DNA from: Phoronis australis
Taxonomy: Eukaryota > Animalia > Phoronida
DNA: 64,000 nt
Reading direction: 5' to 3'
Assembly (NCBI GenBank): GCA_002633005.1
Contig: NMRA01000691.1
Location: forward strand, 62,001 to 126,000
A program made the translations under genes and the position numbers. This document shows positions 1-9,035 of the stretch, piece by piece; position 1 is the stretch's first letter; each line of letters starts with the position of its first letter. The notes under the pieces are model-generated. The model was given only the letters and a program-made list of their open reading frames with translations, did not search any database and was not told the DNA's origin.

Positions 1-1584
1 GAAAAGGACTGTTATCAAAATGCATGGATAAAGAAGAACTAATACTTCCATTACATGCATCCTTATGCATGGCGCGTTCATTTTTTTACTTGCATCTGAG
101 TAAATTGGTTTTTTGCAAACTACATGTATAAGAAAGCAATTTTTTAGATTGGTCCAGTGTGTGTCTTTTTGAGGAGGCCAGCACTTCGTTGCTAAAGGTA
201 AGTTAATCCACGCGTTTGTTATGGCTAACCAGTGAGTGTCATAAGGGTAATGCATCGCAAGCGGTCGCCAATACGTTATACGTACCTAAACTGTAGGCTG
301 ATGAATCAGCTAAGCGACAACGTCATCACTTGCTCTTGTACAAATATATGTTGGATATAACTATGGCTTTGTTTGTAACTTAAAATTGAAACCTGCTTAT
401 TTTTGAAATCCAAAAACAGTATTGTCATAGAAAGCAGTGCACCAAGTAAGCATCACAAAAAGTCCCCTCAAAGTAAGAATCAAAGAAAAAATTCCCTCTT
501 TGAAAGAAATTCCGAGAAAAGTCCCCTTTTACAAGGTACAGGCACCTTTCTCCTCAAGTGAGTGAGGACTCTGATCCAATACTTTGACTTGCTGACAGCT
601 TAAAGTGTCTTATCAATTGTCCAGCTCTTGGTAAACCGTCTCACTTCCTCGGCTTTCCCGCTATCCTCAAATACCATCAAAATACCCTGCTTTTTGAAAC
701 ACGTATATTATCATTACTATTATAATTTCCGACATGGGGAATTACACCACCTCCAGAGGTCGTGTAGGTGAAAAGTAACACACGTAGGCCTACCTTATTT
801 ATCAGTTTATTTTTTTAGTTCTAATAACCAAGAGTATTGCCAATTTTTGTAAAATGACAGTATGCAACAGTACATGTAACATAAACAAGACCAACGCGGG
901 GCGTTGAAATGTGCATACAAATGCACCTCAAACGGTTTGCTTCTCTCTATTTGTATCATAAAAAATAGATAGTTCAGGGTGCATTAAAATGCGAAAGTTA
1001 CGTCCATTCTCAAAAATATTTGCCAAATGAAAATCAGTCAAAGAACTCCAAAGGTACAAAAGCAAACGTAAAAAAACAAACTGCCAATTTCAGTAGTCGA
1101 ATCCATCCATCTGCTTGCAAGGGGTTTTGCACATTTACAAACGCTGTACAGCCTTTGATACAAAAACTGTCACTAGTGGGCACCACATTAGTTAGACCAG
1201 TTTGAAAATTCACCTAAGTCAAGCTCTTTTCAGTAAACACACATCTGCCAATTTCGATAATGATCCCCTGCGTGGTTTGGCAGTTACAGAAGCAGAAGAC
1301 GAAAAGAGCCTAAAAATATTAAATGGCCACCAGTCAGTGCAGAATACATTGAATCCACCACAAAAAGGAAAAATGTTGTCGTTTTGATAGTCGAAATTTG
1401 TTAACTCAATTTCACGAAAAAGCATCAAGGAGCTCTGAATTTACAGAGCCAAAAGTAAAAAAAGAAGATTAGCCATCATTGAGAACAGCTGTAGTTGGAT
1501 CGGGCTGAAACTGGCCATCATCAGTTGCCATCTTTATAGGAACACATCTCCTAAATTTCCATACGTGTCAGAATTTTACATGGC

Positions 1585-1960
1585 TGTCAACCAACTAGTT
1601 AGGTGTACACGTTACTACTGCTACACCTTGTGGTCAAATTGCGAAATAAGGAGACAGCTGGTGAGTTGGACTAAGTTAACCAATGTTCCTGTTGGCCAAA
1701 TGGCAAAACGATCAGAATGGATGTCAACCAACTGGTTAGGTGTACATGTTACTACTGCTACACCTGGTGGTCAAATCGTAAAACTATCCCAAAAAAGAGT
1801 TAGTTGGTTAGTTGGCTGACATTCGACATTCAATAGCTGCCCCACCTGGTTCTCATGTCGTATTGCTATACAGACAGCTAGTTAGTTTCCAGACATCCAA
1901 CATCCAATACCTGCCACACCTGGTGGTCAACTTTCAAAACTATGCAAAGTGACAGTCAGT
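1585..1960. repeat. Degenerate tandem repeat, about 138-bp period
   Basis: CAACCAACT(A/G)GTTAGGTGTACA(C/T)GTTACTACTGCTACACCT(T/G)GTGGTCAAAT occurs at about 1588 and 1726; partial CTGCC.CACCTGGT copies at about 1837 and 1911. Confidence 0.7.
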
Positions 1961-2049
1961 TGGTTAGTTGGTTGACATCCATGTGAGACATCGTGAGATG
2001 GGGTTGGTTGATGTCCAGAGGGGGGCAATGAGTTTAATTGGGTGTGAAC

Positions 2050-2552
2050 CAACTACTTGTGTTCTTTGCAACAAAATTGTCACCTACACTCAGTTTACCC
2101 GTTATTTAGTAGATAGGGCCCAACTAGTTGTGTGTGTTGCAACAAATAAAGCCATATACACACACTATGCCCGTTATTTAGTAGATGGGTAGGTATTGTA
2201 GATGCGCCCCCTACTTGTGTCCGTTACAACAAATATATTAATACACACAGCATGCCCACTACTTAGTAGACGGGGTGCTGGTACCAAGACTTTCTCACCC
2301 TAACAAAATACACTGAACTTATCGTTTTCGTTACAAGAAAATACAGTCACACCATATGCCCGTTATTTAGTAGATGCGTAGTAACCGGACTTTCTCTCCC
2401 GACCAAAATACACAGAATTTCTCGTGTTTGTTGGAACAAAGTATAGTCACTGTTACAATAAGCCCGTCATTTTGTAGATGGGGTGATGGTACCCAGACTT
2501 CCTCTCACTTAATGTACAAACTACACGTAAATGCCCGTTATTTAGTAGATGA
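2050..2552. repeat. Degenerate tandem array with conserved 18-bp core GCCCGTTATTTAGTAGAT (6 copies)
   Basis: Cores at about 2097, 2169, 2254, 2358, 2462 and 2533; spacings 72, 85, 104, 104 and 71 bp; intervening sequences are related to one another. Confidence 0.8.
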
Positions 2553-3509
2553 CGTAAGACCTGAGTTTGGACAACTGACAGTCTTTGTAAACAGCAGTGA
2601 TCAAATGAAGCAGAAAAGGCTAATTTCAAGCCCGTGAATAGCAGAATGTTTAAATTTTGTGCACATATATACAAGGTGTTTAGATGTACAAGTCAACTGC
2701 TAGGGCATCTACCATAAATGACATTAAATAATTCAAAACTCAAATTGTTTCCATATCTTAACATGTTTTGCTCAGCCATATTGTGCGCATTAATAAATGC
2801 ATCAAGTAAGTTAGCAATAACCTATGACAAAATGTACACATATGAACAAGTCAACAGGTACCACCATTGGCACCTCAAAGTTCAATAATAAATGTTCTTT
2901 GTATCTTGACATGTTTTTTTTCTGAAGGCATTCTTTGTGTTTTAATAAATGCATCAACTTTATAACAACATATTTCATTTTACTGCAGTCTCCATCCAGG
3001 AATATAAAAGACCTGTGTTTTTTGTTAACATGACTAAGAATTAATTTTAATAAGTTTGTAACTGTTGTTATGTGTAATTTCGGTAGTGTCAGTATGATCA
3101 GTTATTCTCTTATGAGTGTTGCAATCCAGATTAATCTTTATTGGCCCACCAAACCTAGTCCATTGTGTTGGACCCATTTACTACACGCTCATTAACTTGC
3201 TGCTTACCAACATTCTTTCTAATTTCCATATCTGTACATGTTTTTGTTTTTAACATGTTCACAATAGCATATCTAAACATGTTAATACTTATATTAGATA
3301 CTACTTACATGTGTATAGTTCAATTTATACTACTTTCATCTACTTGTATGTACTGTTCTTCGTCATTTATGGGTTCGTCATTATTTCTGTGTATTTTTCA
3401 ATAAATATTTTTCACCTTGAAAAAACAACATTGTGTCACTTAGACAGCTTAAACTATCAATGAATTATTGTACATATGGACACAAATAGACCTAAAGTCC
3501 TGTAATAAT

Positions 3510-4195
3510 TGACAGTGATGATCCGTTTTAAAACTCGTTCATCTTCAATATGTAAACAAACCCCATCATATGTAGGTTTCCTGTATACTGAGGTTTCAAT
3601 TCCAGACTCATCATAATCAATAAGCACGTCTAAGAACGGTAGCTTGTTGTTAACTGGTAATTCATGCGTGAATTTTAATACAGAATTTTGCTTTAAAACG
3701 AGTTTGATCTCCATCAGCTTATCATGGTTGACAATCATAAAGATATCATCAACATACCTGCAGTACGTGTTCGGCTTTTCCTGAAGACTATCAATAACCT
3801 TAGCTTAAATGTTGCACATGTAAAAATCAGCAAAAGTTGATCCGAGAGGTGAACCCATGGATACACCATTGGTTTGTAAATACAGTTTGCCATCGATGTT
3901 CCTAAAAGGTACTTTTGTAGTGCAAAGTAATAACAAATCTCGAATTACCTCTTTAGGAATACTGGGAAGAGCCATTGATACATGGTTGTACACAGAAGAT
4001 ATTATTATTTCTACAGCTTCAGGGACGTTAGTAAATAAACTTTCAACGTCAAGAGGTACAGGAAAGGAATTTGGTGTTTCGTCAATAGATCTTAATAAAT
4101 CTAAGAATTCATCACGAGTTTACATTGTTCTTATAGGGTAGGTATTGTTTAATAAGTTTATCTAATGTTTTAGCAATTTCATAGGTAGGGGTTAA
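3510..4195 (-). mobile_element. Penelope-like retroelement relic (Naiad-like), RT core
   Basis: Minus-strand RT motifs TPTYEIAKTL, LDVESLFTNVP, QTNGVSMGSPLGSTFADFYM, YCRYVDDIF and FTHELPVNNKLPFLDVLI, with frameshifts, stops and an internal deletion. Confidence 0.9.
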
Positions 4196-4197
4196 CA

Positions 4198-4790
4198 CTT
4201 GCTTATTGATTATGATGAATCTGGCATTAAAACCTCAGTATACAGGAAACCTACATATGATGGGGTTTGTTTACATAAAACTAGCCAATGTCCTCTGAGA
4301 TATAAACTCTGTGTTTTGACAAGCTTTTTGAAAAGAGCATATTCCGTTTGCTCAGACTGGAAAACCTTCAACATTGAGTGTAATCGCATTAAGCAAATTA
4401 TGATAAATAACGGTTACAGCTATAAGTTTGTTGGTGATAATATGAAGCTTTTCATAAGCCAGTTGCAGAAGCCTATGTGTTTAAAACAAGCAAGTGGTTG
4501 TACCACGAAACTATTCTACCGCAACCAATTCCATTCACGTTATATTGAAGATGAATGAGTTTTGAAACGGATCATACATAATAATGTTAAGACCGTTAAG
4601 CCAGAAGACAGCTTTAAGTTAATTATATATTACCAAAACCATAAAACTAAAGATCTTGTTGTTAAAAACAATATGTGCTCAAAGTCTGTCCGAAAGTTAG
4701 CCAAAACTGACTTGATTTATCAGTTCAATTGTCCCCACAACGAATGTATTCGTTCAAACACAGATTGCTCAAGGTATGTTGGTTTTATAT
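4198..4790 (+). mobile_element. Same Naiad-like PLE, inverted segment: RT thumb, linker and start of GIY-YIG endonuclease
   Basis: TSVYRKPT...CPLRYK...RAYSVCSDW...NNGY, then IIYYQNHKTKDLVVKNN and LIYQFNCPHNEC...RYVG (Cys pair between the GIY and YIG halves). Duplicates 3550-3625 in inverted orientation and is truncated by an (ATATGT)n run. Confidence 0.85.
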
Positions 4791-5044
4791 GTATATGTAT
4801 ATGTATATGTATATATATACTTGATGACTTCGTAGTTCTATAGGACCTTAGGCTTTACTATCGCAAAAAGAGATAAAAGGAAGGTCTTACTTGTACGAAG
4901 TCATAGATTATAGTCCAAATTAAAGAATGGTTACACACAGGTACAGATGTATGTGAAAGAGAAATATTTGAAAATAGAGAAAGTCATTCAAAGAATCCTT
5001 TTGTCAGTAGTTTATGAAGTAGGCATATGGTGTGTTTTTTTACT

Positions 5045-6307
5045 TCAGAGTCCTTCACCACTTAAAAGTCTTTCTACTTCCTCTACTTTTGTTCTCAACC
5101 CAACCTCTGTGTTACCATACGGTCGCTTAAGATGACGTCTGTTACATGAGCGCCCCCCTTTTCTTTTGTTAACGACCAGGTTGTCTTCACCATTGCATGT
5201 TTTTTGTGAACGTATCCCCAACTGACAGAAGATACAATCCAGAAAAGTTAAGAACCACCCGCTGCTCTTACACCCTGTCTGACAATCATGGAAACAGATC
5301 ACCAGTCGACATCTAACACCTTCTTCAGTCTTGACGCACGAGCAACATAGTTTATACACGACTAAAGAGAGAATAAGTCCGAGAGTTAATGCGCAGACGA
5401 CACTGATTGCATTGTATATTTGAATTCTTTTCCACCTTTGGAACGTTTCTTCGCCATTAACTTTTACCACAGGCTTACGTAATTTGACATGGTGAGCTAC
5501 TTTGTCGAAAACTGCTCCCTCTCGTTCTGAAGACAGTTGAGATATATTCATGCGATCGATGTTGCCCGTGGATGAAACAGATGAGCTCTCAGTCTTGGCG
5601 AATGAATTGTAAAAACCGTTTTTCTTTCTTCCGACTTTCACAGTTGCAACTTCTTTGGTGTCCACTTCAAGGGGTGGAGAGGCAGGCCTGTTTGCCTTCA
5701 CAAGAGACGAATAGTTGTCCGTCAAAGTAGTGTTCTGTTCCATCTCCAAACTTGCTACTGTCCTGGTTTCCGCCTGGCTCGCGGCAGTTACGAAAGATAA
5801 GTCTTTCGACAGATTAGATGGTTTTGTTGAGGCTGGACTTCTAGACTTTTTCTGGTCACGAAAGGTTGGCACTATTTGATGATGATCTTTGATGTATGAA
5901 AGGTGTATTTTTTGATCTCCGAGTTTGCGAGTCAAGACATTCAATATAGTTGACACTTGGTTCTCTTTTGTGGATCTTGACATAGCCGTCTGGTGTGTCG
6001 CCAATTCTGACCGGTTGAGTGTAGTGCCGTTTGTAAACACTAGGTCTTGTTGAATTGACCTTTGTGGAGTTGCTGAATCGCCCGTTTCAAAATTCAGTGT
6101 TGATGTGATGTTGCTAAAATGATCTCTCTTCACGGTATAATCATTAAACCCTTTATTTTGAGGCTTGTGAAGTACGGTTCTTGTCGGATAAATGTCTGGT
6201 AAACATCCAATCCGCATGTCAGTTAGTAACGTGAAAACCAAAGTAAGGCAAACTTTAAAATTATTTTGATCTAGTCTGTCCTTCATGACAGCAGCAATGC
6301 GTGACAT
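5045..6307 (-). CDS. Single-exon ORF (about 420 aa), putative type I membrane protein with Ser/Thr-rich mucin-like ectodomain and Cys-rich tail
   Basis: Uninterrupted 1.3-kb ORF; N-terminal hydrophobic stretch FKVCLTLVFTLLT; many NxS/T sequons; TM segment IYNAISVVCALTLGLILSLVVY followed by KLCCSC. The first 12 codons of the ORF-track call (6341-6376) are PLE pseudo-LTR, so ATG 6307 or 6286 is the likely start. Confidence 0.7.
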   Translation of the reverse strand: MSRIAAVMKDRLDQNNFKVCLTLVFTLLTDMRIGCLPDIYPTRTVLHKPQNKGFNDYTVKRDHFSNITSTLNFETGDSATPQRSIQQDLVFTNGTTLNRSELATHQTAMSRSTKENQVSTILNVLTRKLGDQKIHLSYIKDHHQIVPTFRDQKKSRSPASTKPSNLSKDLSFVTAASQAETRTVASLEMEQNTTLTDNYSSLVKANRPASPPLEVDTKEVATVKVGRKKNGFYNSFAKTESSSVSSTGNIDRMNISQLSSEREGAVFDKVAHHVKLRKPVVKVNGEETFQRWKRIQIYNAISVVCALTLGLILSLVVYKLCCSCVKTEEGVRCRLVICFHDCQTGCKSSGWFLTFLDCIFCQLGIRSQKTCNGEDNLVVNKRKGGRSCNRRHLKRPYGNTEVGLRTKVEEVERLLSGEGL

Positions 6308-6340
6308 CAGATGACACGTACGAAGTGTTTGTTGCGTAAC

Positions 6341-8040
6341 TATAAATAGGTAAATAAAACAACAAGAATGGATCAACTGAAATATTCGGATGTAATAACG
6401 TCCTTTGACAACAGAAAGAGAAATAAAGAAACATCAAACACTATATGACAATTGACATTTAAGCTATGGTGTAATGAATACTAACAATTTTGCGTAAAAA
6501 AATCAATGATATAATTTAAGAAGTTTTTATGTTCAATCCATGAGGTTCCAGTGTATTGAGCTTGTCTATCCAATATTGTTCTTTTTTGAGTCTGTGAGGG
6601 TACTGGGGTGTTGGAGTTTTTCTATTATTTGTACAGAAAGATCTTGACTATTATGGTTTTTGGAATTGAAATGATTACCTACAGTATCAGAAGTTTTTTT
6701 ATGTATTATGTTAAATCTATGATTAGGAAACCGAGTTTGTAGATTATGCTGAGTTTGTCCTACGTATTGGATAGAACATTTTTTACAAGTTATAAGCTAA
6801 AATGATATTGTTGGAGGTGCAATCTGCATAAAGTTTTATTTCAAAGTTTTCATTGGTTTGGGAAGACTGGAAAAAGTGCTATCGTTGATAAAGTTACACA
6901 TTTTACACCTAGTTTTGTTACATTGGGTGTTGCCAATAGGTTTATCAGTTTGGTGTATATTGTCGATAATAGCATTAACTAAATAATTTTTTTAATTTTT
7001 ACAGTTTCTCCAAAAAATTATAGGTGGATGAGGAAATAGGTTTTTCATTTGAGGGGAAATATGCAGCGTGGAAAGACGTTTTCTGAAGACGTGGCTAATT
7101 CCGTTTAAACATGGATTGAACACAGTTATGAATGGTATTCTATTAGTAGTATTGCCTTTAGTTTTAGTTTTTAAAGATTCATTTCGTGTGATTGAAGGGA
7201 CTTTGTCAAACTGTTTGTGTATAAGATGTAAGGGGAAATGACGTTGAACTAGATAGTACTTGAGTTCTTTTAAACGGTTATTAAAGGAAGTTTCTTCTGG
7301 AGAAATGCGTCGAATTCTTAGGGTAAGGCTATATGGAAGGCTTTTCTTGCAATTAAAGGGATGACACGAGTGATATGACAGATATTGGTGTTTGTCAGTT
7401 TCTTTACAGAATAAGTCCGTTCCTAGTTTATCATTATTAAGGATGACAGTTACATCTAAAAATGAGACTTTATTTTGAGAAATGTCATGAGTGAACTTTA
7501 TAGTAGGGTAAAATTTGTTAATGTTTTCTAAAAAATACATCTAATTTTTGTGGGCCATGGGTCCAGATCATAAAAATGTCATGAATGTACCTTAGCCAGA
7601 GAAGAGGTTTTTCAGAGCAGGATTTGATGAAGCTGTTTTCAAGATATCCCATAAAAAAGTTTGGTAAAAGTAGGAGCAACCCTAGTGCCCATAGCTTTGT
7701 CTAATATTTGGAGATAGTGATTATTATTAAAGGTAAAATGATTCATGGTAAGTACATGTTCAAGAAGAGAGAAAATAACAGATGTAGGTACATTAGGATT
7801 ATTTCGTTGACTAAGAAACTTGGTACAGGCTTCTATGACTTCATGTTGAGGAATATTATTGTATAAGCTTTTAACATCAAGAGTTACGAGAAGGGCATTT
7901 TTAGGTAAATCACTGATGTTTTTGATTATATTAAGAAAATAATTCGTATCTTTAACATATGAAGGAAGGGTGGGGACAAATTGCTGAAGATGGCAGTCGG
8001 CAAAGTGATAATTTTTTTCTTTATGGCAGTTGTTGCTGGT
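6341..8040 (-). mobile_element. Neptune-like Penelope retroelement, inverted 5'-truncated copy (RT core, thumb, GIY-YIG, pseudo-LTR)
   Basis: LLVTLDVKSLYNNIP, AMGTRVAPTF, WLRYIHDIFMIW (YIDD changed to YIHD), FLDVTV...TDKHQYL.YHSCHP, RIPFITVFNP, CNKTRCKMC linker and QYVGQT; near-identical to 10240-11190 in reverse complement. Confidence 0.92.
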
Positions 8041-8042
8041 TT

Positions 8043-8080
8043 CTGTTGACAAAGGACGTTATTACATCCGAAAATTTCAG
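8043..8080 (+). ncRNA. Putative minimal hammerhead ribozyme (U3/A8 variant core) in PLE pseudo-LTR
   Basis: CTG-TTGACAA-A-GGACGT(TATT)ACATCC-GAAA-ATTT-CAG; identical copy at 44617-44654; mutated copies at 11114-11151 (+) and 6377-6414 (-). Confidence 0.6.
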
Positions 8081-8654
8081 TTGATCCATTCTTGTTTTTT
8101 ATTTACCTATTTATATTCTACATTTCGTATGATTGGGAGGATCTGAATCGCCTTATTTAGTTTCAGATTTATTTTCTACGTTATTTATCATCTTCTTATC
8201 TGAAGCATCCATCATAATAGTAGATCCTAAATGAGGTAATATGAATGGAAGAAAGTTTAATCAAGCAAAGAAGACACTGGACAAACACATAAGATATCAA
8301 CATCATTTTAATTCTCTATCCAACTTCAAGAAGATCAAATATTATCCTAAAGGACTAGAACTCAAAAAGACCCCGGCTATAGAATGCATCAACAAGTTTC
8401 AAGTCAAATGGAATAATATTCTCCACAGTGCATCTCTAGCTCTTCAGGACACTCTTATTTAAGAATTTTTTGTCCTACAGCAGCATTACAAAGACTTGTC
8501 AAGCAGTTATATCCAACATCTGAATGAACAAACTCAAAAGGAACTACAAAACTTCAAAATCCGTAAAGAATCTGAACTTAAGAAAAGACAAAATTCCAAA
8601 CTCACAGAAAGGCTTTCACATGTAAGAAATACTACTGTAATCAATGGATCTCAC

Positions 8655-9035
8655 TACGTAACAACAAATATTCCTCCTGATGGTAATAAATTGTTTTTCC
8701 GTTGTATACGTTTAGCCCTCTATGGCACTGACATTTGTCACGCTTACATCAGATCAGAAATAGTAAACCATTTGAAAAGAAACTAAGCAAAATACGGTAT
8801 TCTAATGGATGAAGACCATCAGGAACATCTACGAAACATGGCGAAAACAAATGGCAACATCAAATTGTGGGCCACTCAAGCCGAAATATTCGCAACTTTT
8901 ACTCTTTTTCATAAAGACATCTACGTCAACAATACTATTGGAAACAACATACGTTGGATTAAATACACCTCAGAGAATATCAACAGCAAACCCATATTAC
9001 TTCTAAACCGCAACCACCATTTCAACCTGTTGGAC
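8655..9035 (+). pseudogene. OTU-family cysteine protease domain inside the PLE ORF (degenerate)
   Basis: NIPPDGN(C)FFRCIRLALYG...H..IRSEIVNHL, W-A-T-Q-A-E-I-F-A helix and ILLLNRNHHFNLL His strand; same frame as the PLE N-terminal ORF starting at 8241. Confidence 0.8.

Noticed and set aside
2050-2552. CRISPR array
   Set aside because: Eukaryotic context, no cas genes, and spacers are homologous to each other and uneven in length.
4556-4558. In-frame TGA in the Naiad-like ORF as selenocysteine
   Set aside because: The inverted duplicate at about 3535 reads CGA (IEDERVLKR), so this is a CpG transition at an Arg, not a Cys position.
4824-4904. SECIS element
   Set aside because: ATGA pairs Watson-Crick with TCAT; there is no GA/AG kink-turn quartet or correctly placed AA loop.
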